IMG/VR virus record: IMGVR_UViG_3300046791_000499 | Coordinates: 79,094-143,093 of that record | DNA length: 64,000 bases | Source of the DNA: a virus | Direction: 5' to 3' (one strand) | Shown here: in pieces, positions 55,103-63,313 of the stretch | How the letters are laid out: the number at the start of each line of letters is the position of its first letter | Numbering within the stretch: position 1 is the first letter of the stretch | Program-made: the position numbers and the translations under genes | Notes under the pieces: generated by a model | Told to the model about the DNA's origin: nothing | The model's input: only the letters and a program-made list of their open reading frames with translations | Databases searched by the model: none

Positions 55103-55498
55103 TCAGTCCGTTTGGTCAGGGTCGACCCATCGGGCGATTCCGCGCGTACCTCGAGCGCCTCGATCACGCGCCCTGCTCGGCTTCCGTGAAGTGGCGCGCG
55201 ATGACTTGGCCACGCGCCGCATCCTGTGGCTCCCACCTTTTGCAGACGTCGCACGTGAAGCCGCACGAGTCCCGGCGCCACGAGCACTTGGATCGGCGAG
55301 GAGCCCTTCGAGTTGCAACTGGCTGTCGGCCAGATCGCAGAGCGCCCGGATGCGCTCGGGCCCAAGGGCGAACAGCCGCTTGAACGCATCGAACTCTTCG
55401 GGGGTGGGGTTCCAGTCCAGGACTGTCCGAACCATGGCGATCTTCGAGTCGGGTACGACGATCGATTCGGTGTCGTCGGGGTTGATGACGCGCAGCAT
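55103..55498 (-). CDS. Hypothetical protein, basic C-terminus
   Basis: Promoter variant upstream. Confidence 0.5.
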   Translation of the reverse strand: MLRVINPDDTESIVVPDSKIAMVRTVLDWNPTPEEFDAFKRLFALGPERIRALCDLADSQLQLEGLLADPSARGAGTRAASRATSAKGGSHRMRRVAKSSRATSRKPSRARDRGARGTRGIARWVDPDQTD

Positions 55499-55507
55499 GA
55501 TCGCCTA

Positions 55508-55533
55508 GACCGCCGCCCCGCGCTCGGCATTTC
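55508..55533 (-). promoter_or_regulatory. ECF-type promoter variant GAAAT-N18-GTC
   Basis: 9 nt before ATG 55498. Confidence 0.55.
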
Positions 55534-55852
55534 AGCCGGCCCGTTTGCTCGCCCTGGCCGCCCGGCGGGCACGCTTGCGCTCGGCGTCCTTGGCCCGGCA
55601 GCCGGCGCACATGGCCCCACCGTCGGCCGGTTGCTTGCACCGCACGCACAGGCCCGATGCTCGGGTCGCCTCGTATTTCGACCGCTGCTCGGCAAGGTGC
55701 TCGGTGCACAGGGTCTTGCCGGGCTCGGCTGGCTCCGAGCACCAGAGGCAAACCTCGTTCGCTCGAGCGGACGCTTGGCGCTCGCGCAGGGCTTCGGCGT
55801 TGCCGGCTCGCCCGAACGTCCGCTTCGCAGGTTTTTTCTTTGACCCGGCCAT
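55532..55852 (-). CDS. Basic double Zn-finger protein
   Basis: CLWC..CTEH and CVRC..CAGC. Confidence 0.65.
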   Translation of the reverse strand: MAGSKKKPAKRTFGRAGNAEALRERQASARANEVCLWCSEPAEPGKTLCTEHLAEQRSKYEATRASGLCVRCKQPADGGAMCAGCRAKDAERKRARRAARASKRAG

Positions 55853-56082
55853 TACTCCGCGGCCTTGTCGATCTGAACCGTTCCCTCGATCTTTAGCCAC
55901 CGGGAAGCCCGAGCGTCATCAATCCATGTTTGGCTCGCTGGGTTGCTCATGGCTGTGAGGTAAAACCGCTTGCCGAACTTCCGCTTGGGCGTTCGATATA
56001 AGCCCGTCTCACGAAGTATCGGGGCTCGCCCCTCGCCGGGCCCATGATCGCTGGACCGAACTGCGATGAGTTGGCCGTTCAT
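55852..56082 (-). CDS. Small hypothetical protein
   Basis: Coupled ORF. Confidence 0.45.
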   Translation of the reverse strand: MNGQLIAVRSSDHGPGEGRAPILRETGLYRTPKRKFGKRFYLTAMSNPASQTWIDDARASRWLKIEGTVQIDKAAE

Positions 56083-56399
56083 GACCGTGCCTCGGAGCGC
56101 ATCGCCCGGAAGCGCTCGCACATGGTCCGACCGTGCTCGACATCGACCGCAGCTCCGACGTAGAGCCCACGGCGATCGTCCTCGGTGTCGAGGTAGTAGC
56201 GCGCCGACGGAACATCGAGGCGGATGGCGACCTCGAGATCCCACACCGGCAGCGGCTTGGGATCCGGCTTGCTGCTGGACCCGCGGAAGGTGACAGCCTC
56301 GGACTCCGAGCCGTCATCGTGAAGCACGGTCCAGTGCCGGACACCCTCGGCGGCGTCATGGTGGATGAAGTACCCGATCGGGTTGGATGAAGTCGTCAT
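56079..56399 (-). CDS. Hypothetical protein
   Basis: ATGA-coupled. Confidence 0.5.
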   Translation of the reverse strand: MTTSSNPIGYFIHHDAAEGVRHWTVLHDDGSESEAVTFRGSSSKPDPKPLPVWDLEVAIRLDVPSARYYLDTEDDRRGLYVGAAVDVEHGRTMCERFRAMRSEARS

Positions 56400-56442
56400 G
56401 GATGCTCTGTCGCGTAAGGTGGCGGATCGATCCCCGGAATTC

Positions 56443-56470
56443 GACGGCGCGGGTTTGAGCCGCGCCGTCC
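56443..56470. terminator. GC-rich intergenic hairpin (possible terminator)
   Basis: GACGGCGCGG/CCGCGCCGTC 10-bp stem; no clear U-tract. Confidence 0.4.
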
Positions 56471-56478
56471 AGGTCGAC

Positions 56479-56892
56479 TCAGCGCGGCGTGCCCCAGTCC
56501 GTGCGCATGACGAACTTGACGGTGCGCGAGCGCTCGCCGGTCGGGTCGACGTAGCTGCAGCCGTGCTCGCCAAAGAGCTTGCCGCCAGTCATGTGGATCG
56601 TGCCGGTCTTGTCGAACACGCGCTCGGACACCCGTGACGTCTCGGCAACCGACTCGCCCCAGCCGAGCATCAGCCAGCCCACCGAGTCACGGTCCGCCAC
56701 GACGCCGGCAAGTTCGGCGACGGTCTCGCGGACGTTGCGGGTTTCCCATCCGCCGATCGCGTTGGCGAGCAGGAAGTGCGGACGGTCGAGGTCGTGCGCG
56801 AGCAGCAGTTCTCCGGTCTCCATGGAGTAGAAGTCGACGTAGTTGCGGCGGGTGGAAGAGGTCTCGGCTGTCTCGGTCGCGGCTGCTTGCAT
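56479..56892 (-). CDS. Hypothetical early protein (leaderless)
   Basis: ATG 6 nt after TACATT -10. Confidence 0.6.
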   Translation of the reverse strand: MQAAATETAETSSTRRNYVDFYSMETGELLLAHDLDRPHFLLANAIGGWETRNVRETVAELAGVVADRDSVGWLMLGWGESVAETSRVSERVFDKTGTIHMTGGKLFGEHGCSYVDPTGERSRTVKFVMRTDWGTPR

Positions 56893-56927
56893 GTTTTCAA
56901 TGTAGCCGCACGCCGCACGCAGATCAA
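56890..56927 (-). promoter_or_regulatory. sigma70-like leaderless promoter TTGATC-N17-TACATT
   Basis: Shares 19 identical bp with 61008-61026. Confidence 0.7.
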
Positions 56928-56954
56928 TAGGCTGGCGAAAGAATTCGGAGATCG

Positions 56955-57458
56955 TCAGCCGGGGGCGTGGTGCCGGCGTAGCTTCTCGGCCGCGCGCTCG
57001 AAAGCGCCCCGCTCGGAGCCCCAGAGCATCGGCCACCCGATCGACTTGGCCGCAGGGCAGAATGTGGCGACGCATGCGAACAGAGCCTCGCCATCGGTCA
57101 CCCCGCCCGAGGGCCGGTTCTCGAACCACTCGACTGCCTTGGCCAAGGTCTCGGGCGAGCCATCCCACACGCGGCTGCGCTCGAGATCGGCGAAGGCGTT
57201 GGCCGTTCGGATCTCGCGGTCGCTGCGGAGATCCTTCGTGGGGCGAGGCAGGATCGCGGACTCCTCGGCGAGCTGCGCGAAAGCTCGAAGTTCGGCCGCG
57301 CTGTAGTCGTGCTCGCCTGTGGGCGTGACCGTGCCGCTCTCGACCCACGCCACGTGGCCACTCACGTGCATCCACAGGCAAGGTGCTCGGCTGCCGTCGG
57401 TGGTCTCCGGCGTCCACCCGAGGCCGGCGAGAACGGCCCGTGGACTGGCGGCGCTCAT
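56955..57458 (-). CDS. Hypothetical protein
   Basis: ATGA-coupled. Confidence 0.5.
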   Translation of the reverse strand: MSAASPRAVLAGLGWTPETTDGSRAPCLWMHVSGHVAWVESGTVTPTGEHDYSAAELRAFAQLAEESAILPRPTKDLRSDREIRTANAFADLERSRVWDGSPETLAKAVEWFENRPSGGVTDGEALFACVATFCPAAKSIGWPMLWGSERGAFERAAEKLRRHHAPG

Positions 57459-57802
57459 GAGCACACCAGGCAGGTAGCGATGGTGCGGACCATGTCGAGG
57501 TCACCGCGCTCGGCGGCCAGGGCGAGGAGGTCACCGACGTGTCGACGGTGCTCGCGGTTCTCGAGGTCGCAATCCTCCGTGAAGCGCTCGAGGTACTCGG
57601 GCAGCGCGTCCAGGGCACGGACGGCAGCGAGGTCGAGCATCCCCGTGGGCGGGCTCGCGGCGTTGCTCAGGGCAGCGGCGCCATCCCAACCGGCTTGCCA
57701 CTCGCGGATGATGTCGACGGCCTTGTATCGGCACGAGTGCCGCGGCTCGTTGTCGGCGAAGGCGGTCGCGCCTTGCCTTCGATACTTGCTGACTTCGGTC
57801 AT
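57455..57802 (-). CDS. Hypothetical protein (Rmf-like W-x-x-GW motif)
   Basis: G-x-x-AF...C-x-Y...EWQAGW. Confidence 0.5.
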   Translation of the reverse strand: MTEVSKYRRQGATAFADNEPRHSCRYKAVDIIREWQAGWDGAAALSNAASPPTGMLDLAAVRALDALPEYLERFTEDCDLENREHRRHVGDLLALAAERGDLDMVRTIATCLVCS

Positions 57803-58692
57803 GGCGTGGCCAACCGCGTGCGCGCATCGGCGATTCCGGCGTCTTTGATCCCGAGGACGTTTCGGGCACAGTCGCACCCGAACCAGAACCCGTGCTCTAT
57901 GCCTGCATTGTTGGCGATCAAGATCGGCACGAACCTCCCCGATGGGATGCGCTTGCCGCATGCTTCGCAGTCACGGTCCGAGAACCGACTCGAACCGAAC
58001 ACCGTGCCCGGCGGCCACTTCACGAAATAGACCTTGACCATCTTGGGGGCACCATCGGACTGGAACAGGAGCGCGAAACTCGTGTCGCGATCCTGTTCCC
58101 ATCGCCAGCCGATCGGGGCCATCCGACGTGTGGCCAGGTTGAGATCGAGCCCGATGGCGAGCAGCGTCTCGGTGACCTTGGGGCTCACACCGATCTCCGT
58201 GTAGACAGGCAGCGGACGGCTGGCGTCCAGGTCGGTGTAAATATCGCGTAGGGCGACCATGAGCCGCAGCCACGCGCGGGTCACATCGACAGCGATCCTC
58301 GGTGCGATGGCTCGCAGGTCGTCATCCGTCGCTACGTCCAACTCATCGGCGCGCAGGTGCTTACCGTATTGGACCGCGAAGTAGACCCGATATAGCGCTT
58401 GGCTACGCATGTCGTTATGCGCCAGGCCAGGACTTTTCAGGTGTTTGCTGGCGATACCTTTGTTGATGCCCTTGTCCGCGCGCTGCCGGGCTCGGCCCAC
58501 CCAGGTGCCTTGCGTGATGCTCTCGCGGATAACCGCGATGCTCTCGAGGAACGCGGCCAAGCGCGCGCCACCGAAGAACCCGGCGATGATGGCGACGTCT
58601 CCATCATCGGGGCCAGGCACCGCGACGACGTCAAAGGCCGCGCGGTGCAGCGCCATTCCGCGCTCGAGCGCCGTCGGTTTCGTGTCTTGCAT
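57799..58692 (-). CDS. Hypothetical protein with C-terminal CxxCG...GCDC Zn finger
   Basis: CEACGKRI...FGCDCA. Confidence 0.65.
   Translation of the reverse strand: MQDTKPTALERGMALHRAAFDVVAVPGPDDGDVAIIAGFFGGARLAAFLESIAVIRESITQGTWVGRARQRADKGINKGIASKHLKSPGLAHNDMRSQALYRVYFAVQYGKHLRADELDVATDDDLRAIAPRIAVDVTRAWLRLMVALRDIYTDLDASRPLPVYTEIGVSPKVTETLLAIGLDLNLATRRMAPIGWRWEQDRDTSFALLFQSDGAPKMVKVYFVKWPPGTVFGSSRFSDRDCEACGKRIPSGRFVPILIANNAGIEHGFWFGCDCARNVLGIKDAGIADARTRLATP
57812..57837 (-). promoter_or_regulatory. ECF-type promoter GGAAT-N18-GTT
   Basis: 9 nt before ATG 57802; embedded in upstream CDS. Confidence 0.7.
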
Positions 58693-58701
58693 GGCGGGGC
58701 C

Positions 58702-58726
58702 AACCGAAGCCGCGGCGGTTCATTCC
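58702..58726 (-). promoter_or_regulatory. ECF-type promoter GGAAT-N17-GTT overlapping an 11-bp-stem hairpin (58708-58736)
   Basis: 9 nt before ATG 58692. Confidence 0.65.
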
Positions 58727-58743
58727 CGCCGCGGCTCGTCTTC

Positions 58744-59022
58744 TCACCCTGGGATCGCCCCCTGGCTGGGCTCGATCATCCAGGTCATGTTCGAGCTGGA
58801 TCCGCTCGGGCGGTTGGTCGAGATGTCGACCTCGGGGATCGCCAGCCGGACCCGCTGCATCGCACCATCGCGGGATGAGATCTTGATCTGGTCCTCCGTG
58901 GCCGGCGCGCCGTGGAACACCTGCAGGTCGAACGCATCGAACCTGCCACCGGCGATCCCGTGCTGCGCGATCGCACCTTTCAACGCGGAGATCAGTTGGT
59001 CGATGGAGTGCTGGTTGGTCAT
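58744..59022 (-). CDS. Hypothetical early protein
   Basis: RBS GAGGAG; behind sigma70-like promoter. Confidence 0.6.
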   Translation of the reverse strand: MTNQHSIDQLISALKGAIAQHGIAGGRFDAFDLQVFHGAPATEDQIKISSRDGAMQRVRLAIPEVDISTNRPSGSSSNMTWMIEPSQGAIPG

Positions 59023-59042
59023 GGGTCGCTCCTCGCGTGCGG

Positions 59043-59117
59043 GATGAATCGCTCCGACCACTGCATTATATACCCCGCGCGGCGGTATACAATAGACCGA
59101 CGAAGATAATTCGACCG
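59043..59117 (-). promoter_or_regulatory. Palindromic sigma70-like promoter TTGTAT-N16-TATAAT; inverted-repeat copy 1
   Basis: Reverse complement aligns with 61090-61165. Confidence 0.8.
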
Positions 59118-59149
59118 CTCGATATCGCTCGAGGTTGGCCTCGGATCCA

Positions 59150-59425
59150 CCCCGCCCCGCGGGGGCGTGAGCGAGCGAAGCGAACGAACGGCGCCGCGGG
59201 GATCGCAAGTGGCCGGAGGCCCGGAGTGAGCAGAGCGAACGGAGGGTCTCCGGCCACTTGGGGTTGGGGCCGCGGTCCTGAAACGAGCGCAGCGAGTGCA
59301 AGGGCTGCGAGCGCGGGGCCGTGTGGCGATGGCGAGCGCAGCGAGGCAAGCCGCGCGGCCGGCTGGGTTTGCGCAGCTCGGCGAGAGCGAGCGGGACCCC
59401 GGCGAACCGGGGCCCCGCTCCGAGG
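59150..59425 (+). other. Non-coding multi-hairpin region, candidate single-strand initiation / primosome assembly site
   Basis: 13-bp stem 59206-59218/59248-59260; repeated GAGCGAAGCGA and GAGCGCAGCGAG motifs. Confidence 0.5.
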
Positions 59426-59426
59426 C

Positions 59427-60515
59427 TCACGCGATGGCGAGCCGGTCCGCGTCGGGATGCTCGGCGATCGCGGTCATGTTGATGTCGCTGAACTCGCCGA
59501 AGACTTCGGCGACGGTGAACGACCGCTGTGCCATGACCATGGCGACGTCGAGGCCCCGCTTGATCGCGGTGGCACCCGCTCCGAATGCGCCCGCGTTGGC
59601 GCGGCTACCCGCATCGCGACCGGCGTGATGCGTGTGGTACTCGGTCAGGGCATTCCATAGGCCCCAGTACGTACCCTTGGCACCCGGCAGATCCTGGCCG
59701 GTCCCGGTCTCAAACAGGCGTTCGATCTCGGGCAAGCGCCGACCGTTGCGGACCGCGTCGTCGGTTTGCTTATAGACCCCGCCGAGGAATTCGACGATCC
59801 GATCCTGGCCGCCGAGTACCTCGCGTGAGGCCAGGTAGCGGTATGCCTCGCCAGCGGCGGTAAGGCGAGCATCGATCTGCTCGATCTTGCCGGCGACATC
59901 TTCGAGCCGCTGCGCAGCCTTGCCGCGATGCAGGATCTTGAAAATGCCGTCCGGCGTGTTGGTGCGCTTGCCGGTGCTCGGGTCGATCCCGATCGCAGCG
60001 GACAAGGTGTTATGGCAGACCACTCGGATCGGCGTGATGCCTGCTCGGATCGCTAGGGATCCATCGTGTGCGTGCGCGAGCAGTACGTATTTGTCCACCG
60101 TGTCTTCGCCCTGGATCACGATGGGATCGCCCTTGATCTTGGCGAGAACCCACACGCGTTTTCCGTCCATGAGAACGCCGGCCGTCTCCAGTTCGACGAG
60201 CCCGCTCGCGAGCCACGGCTCGAACCAGCCGAACGCGTCGGCATTCTGCAGGGGCTCGAAGTCGGGCCCGACGCTGGCGATCACGCGCTTGGACTCGACG
60301 CCGTTCGCGTCCGTGTCGATGCGAATGATCGACTGGCTCGGAGTCGAAACGAGCCCGCCGTCGATCGTGGTCAGGTTCGGCGAGGTCTCAACTCGCCAGT
60401 CCAGGCCCGCGGCGATCATCGCCTCCGCGATCGTGGGTGGGTGGTCCAGTTTGACGCCGAGGCCATGCCAGGGAGTCGCGCCTACAAACATCATCGAAGT
60501 AACGTGGTGTGTCAT
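59427..60515 (-). CDS. DUF932 family phage/plasmid protein
   Basis: PWHGLG, AGLDW, QNADAF, ETAG-x-L-x-x-GKRVW, HDGS, TPIRVVCHNTL, GTYWGLWNALTEY. Confidence 0.9.
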   Translation of the reverse strand: MTHHVTSMMFVGATPWHGLGVKLDHPPTIAEAMIAAGLDWRVETSPNLTTIDGGLVSTPSQSIIRIDTDANGVESKRVIASVGPDFEPLQNADAFGWFEPWLASGLVELETAGVLMDGKRVWVLAKIKGDPIVIQGEDTVDKYVLLAHAHDGSLAIRAGITPIRVVCHNTLSAAIGIDPSTGKRTNTPDGIFKILHRGKAAQRLEDVAGKIEQIDARLTAAGEAYRYLASREVLGGQDRIVEFLGGVYKQTDDAVRNGRRLPEIERLFETGTGQDLPGAKGTYWGLWNALTEYHTHHAGRDAGSRANAGAFGAGATAIKRGLDVAMVMAQRSFTVAEVFGEFSDINMTAIAEHPDADRLAIA

Positions 60516-60617
60516 CGGAGTATCAGCCTTTCGTGCGGTTGCCCGCGTATCGGAATCGTTGGAGTTCGGGAGAGAATCGCGGGGGCCGGGCAGATTCACC
60601 AGCCCCCGCGTCGTGGG

Positions 60618-61010
60618 TCAGCCTGCGCGGAACCCTTCCATGATGATGACCGGGCCGGAGATCCAGCCGTCCGGCCAGTTGATCCGGCGGGTCGCGTGCA
60701 TGTTCGGGAGCAGGCGCGCGGTCGTGTGCATGGCGTATGCCTCTTCGCCATCCATGAAGGCATCGACGGGCTTGATCGTCCCGCCGAGGCGTGCCTGCAG
60801 TTCGGGCAGGGTCGGGCGGTTGGTGGGATCTCGCAGTTCGACAACCTCGAATCCACCGGGCTGGATCGTGGTCAGCTTGGCCGTGGCCGTCGCGGGGGAG
60901 TCGACCGTGATGGTCAAGGCCGCGGCCGTGTGGGTGTAGGTTTGGACCACGCGCGCGTCAGGCGAACGCGTGGTGGATGGGGGTTGTTGGCCGTTTTCAG
61001 TGGCGGACAT
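60618..61010 (-). CDS. DUF3846-like small protein (leaderless)
   Basis: LPELQARLGGTI...LPNMHAT...ISGPVII. Confidence 0.6.
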   Translation of the reverse strand: MSATENGQQPPSTTRSPDARVVQTYTHTAAALTITVDSPATATAKLTTIQPGGFEVVELRDPTNRPTLPELQARLGGTIKPVDAFMDGEEAYAMHTTARLLPNMHATRRINWPDGWISGPVIIMEGFRAG

Positions 61011-61045
61011 GTTTTCAATGTAGCCGATTCTGGCCGCGCTGTGAA
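61008..61045 (-). promoter_or_regulatory. sigma70-like leaderless promoter TTCACA-N17-TACATT
   Basis: ATG 6 nt after -10. Confidence 0.7.
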
Positions 61046-61089
61046 CAGTCAGGCGCAGGTTTTCGACCACTGTATCCGGTTCGGATCAC

Positions 61090-61165
61090 CGGTCGATTTA
61101 TTTTCGCCTGGCTATTGTGTACCGCCGCGCGGGGTATATAATGCAGGGGTCGGAGCGAATCACCC
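61090..61165 (+). promoter_or_regulatory. Palindromic sigma70-like promoter TTGTGT-N16-TATAAT; inverted-repeat copy 2
   Basis: Followed by GGAG RBS and ATG 61166. Confidence 0.8.
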
Positions 61166-61384
61166 ATGACCACCGCCAAGCCCACCGTCATCATCATCCC
61201 CGTCCCCGCGCGCGCTGACTCGCCGGTCTACCTCCCGAGCGACGAGAGCCAAGCGGCGACCCGCCGCGAGATGGGGCGCATGGGCCTCGGCAAGCTGCTG
61301 ACCTCGCAGCCGAAGCTCACCGCCGCGCAAAAGCGCGACGCCGAGGCGAAAGCCAACGCGGCGAAGTGGGGGATGGCCAAGTAG
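61166..61384 (+). CDS. Small early hypothetical protein
   Basis: Promoter + RBS; strong GC3 bias. Confidence 0.65.
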   Translation: MTTAKPTVIIIPVPARADSPVYLPSDESQAATRREMGRMGLGKLLTSQPKLTAAQKRDAEAKANAAKWGMAK

Positions 61385-61460
61385 GCTGCGCCGGTTCGGG
61401 GCGAGGGTCCGAAGCAAGCGAAGCGAGCGCAGGGCCCTCGACTGGTACGGCGCAGCCTAC
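61381..61460 (+). other. Long intergenic hairpin with GCGAAGCGAG loop
   Basis: 13-bp perfect outer stem (61381-61393/61448-61460), 9-bp inner stem with one G-T pair. Confidence 0.65.
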
Positions 61461-61487
61461 TTGATCCCAACCACGGAGATCCCGATC

Positions 61488-62011
61488 ATGACCACTTCAA
61501 TCGACTGGAACGCCCGCGCCCGCGCGCAGTATCTCGACCCCGCCGCCGCCGTCGCCCGCGTCATGCGGGAGCCCACCGAGCGCGAGCAGCTCAGCCGCGC
61601 GAGGTACATGCTCGCGTTCACCCGCAACCCACAGTACCGGTTCGACCTGCTCGCCAGCGACATCCCGGCCGAGGTCGTGTCCGCGCTCGAGGCCATCGTG
61701 GCCAACCTTGCTCCCACCACCGACGGGGCCGTGCTCGCGCTCGCGGAACGGTCTACACGCTCGACCAACTGGTCGACTCGCGGCAGTCGATTGAGTCGGA
61801 CCTGCTCGCGTACATGCGCGGCGAGGGCCCACCGCCGACCCGCGAGAACGATGCAAAGGGGATCGACGGGGTGACCCTGCTCGATCGCCTGACTACGGAG
61901 ATCATCCGACGCAAGGCGTTGCCGAGCGCTGGACCGACGGCCGTGCACTACGAGGTCATGCCCGACGGCTCCGACCCGATTCGATTCTCCAACACCGTGC
62001 TGTGCTTTTGA
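61488..62011 (+). pseudogene. Hypothetical gene apparently split by a frameshift near 61745
   Basis: Coding-like frame switches from ...GAVLALA to VYTLDQLVDSRQ...VLCF. Confidence 0.5.
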
Positions 62012-62015
62012 AGCC

Positions 62016-62348
62016 ATGGCCACCAAACGCAAGACGATCGCCACCGCTTGCTCGGAGCCACCGACCCTGCTCGCGCTGGCGTGCCGACACGGCCTCCCGC
62101 CTGGTACCTGGGATGCGAGCGGGCAACTGGCGCTGCTCCTGCTCCGAGCCACGGCCATCAACTACAAGACCGCGTGGTACCACTGGAATGCGATCGAGGA
62201 TGAGGCCGAGCGTCGATACGAGGCAGCCCACCCGCGGGCCGAGCCTCCGCCGGAGTTGGAGCCCGAGCCTGGCGAGGCTGTCCGGCTCGAAGTCTTGGTG
62301 CTCGAGCCGCCACCGGCTCCTCACCCGCCGGCCTACATGGAATTCTGA
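62016..62348 (+). CDS. Hypothetical protein
   Basis: Tightly packed between neighbours. Confidence 0.5.
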   Translation: MATKRKTIATACSEPPTLLALACRHGLPPGTWDASGQLALLLLRATAINYKTAWYHWNAIEDEAERRYEAAHPRAEPPPELEPEPGEAVRLEVLVLEPPPAPHPPAYMEF

Positions 62349-62350
62349 TC

Positions 62351-62839
62351 ATGGACCACGACGAGCGAGAGGCTGCAGCGGTCGCGTTCGGTCGAGCGCT
62401 GCGCGAGGAATCGGCCACCGAGCCCGAGCGCATCGCCTCGAACGCCAGGGCCTACCGACAGCATATGCTCAAGGCTCGCGGGCAAACGCCAAACAGGCCA
62501 CAACGTCGGCGAGGGACCAGGCGTCAGCGAGCACGTCGCGAACTTCGGCGCACCTGCCTACAGCGCCAGGGCTACAAGTGCCACTACTGCCAGATCCCGA
62601 TCTCGGACATGGACGGCACCGCCACCCTCGATCACGTCATGCCCGTGTCCAAGGGCGGCGCGGTGTTCGACCTCGACAACTGCGTCGCTGCGTGTGGACC
62701 GTGCAACACCGCCAAGGCTGACGCATTGCCATCTGAAATAAACCTGCGCGCTCGACTGATCTCAGGCCACTTGCCCGAGCATCCAGTCAGCGAACTCGGT
62801 CACGAGCCCGAGCGTCTCGCCCGGAGTGACGACTCGTGA
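62351..62839 (+). CDS. HNH endonuclease
   Basis: CHYC...TLDHVMPVSKGG...NCVAACGPCNTAK. Confidence 0.9.
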   Translation: MDHDEREAAAVAFGRALREESATEPERIASNARAYRQHMLKARGQTPNRPQRRRGTRRQRARRELRRTCLQRQGYKCHYCQIPISDMDGTATLDHVMPVSKGGAVFDLDNCVAACGPCNTAKADALPSEINLRARLISGHLPEHPVSELGHEPERLARSDDS

Positions 62840-63298
62840 CGCACCGGGAGCATCGCTTGGATGCGCGACCAGCCGGCCCTCGCGGGCTCGCAGTTCGGTG
62901 ATGCGATCGGTCAGCGGAACCGGAGGCGTCAGCAAGAGCTTCTGCTCGCGCTGAGCCTCGGCCACCTTGGCCTGAGCAAAGCACTCCTCGGCCGGCAGCC
63001 CTTGCGCCTGCAGCCGAGCGAACTCGATCTGGCCGAACTCCGACGCCTTCGCCTTCATCGCCTCCCGCCACCCGGCGAGGTCATCTTCGACCACGGAAAG
63101 CTCGGCAGCGATCACATCGTCGGCCCACGCGACGAAGCACAAGTATCGCTGGCGGGCGCGGCCATCTGGATCGGGAGGAGCGTTGACGTAGACCCACATA
63201 TCGCCGTCCGCACCCTCGCTCAACTTCACGCTGTGCACGTGTGCCGGCCGATCCGAATCGAGTGCCACGAGTGGGGCGATCTTCTCCGCGACGTTCAT
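62762..63298 (-). CDS. Hypothetical protein
   Basis: ATG 63298, 7 nt after TATAGT. Confidence 0.55.
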   Translation of the reverse strand: MNVAEKIAPLVALDSDRPAHVHSVKLSEGADGDMWVYVNAPPDPDGRARQRYLCFVAWADDVIAAELSVVEDDLAGWREAMKAKASEFGQIEFARLQAQGLPAEECFAQAKVAEAQREQKLLLTPPVPLTDRITELRAREGRLVAHPSDAPGASRVVTPGETLGLVTEFADWMLGQVA

Positions 63299-63313
63299 CC
63301 TCGCCACTATAAC

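Noticed and set aside
56409-56434. Additional ECF promoter GGGAT-N18-GAC before 56399
   Set aside because: Mismatches in both boxes; not counted
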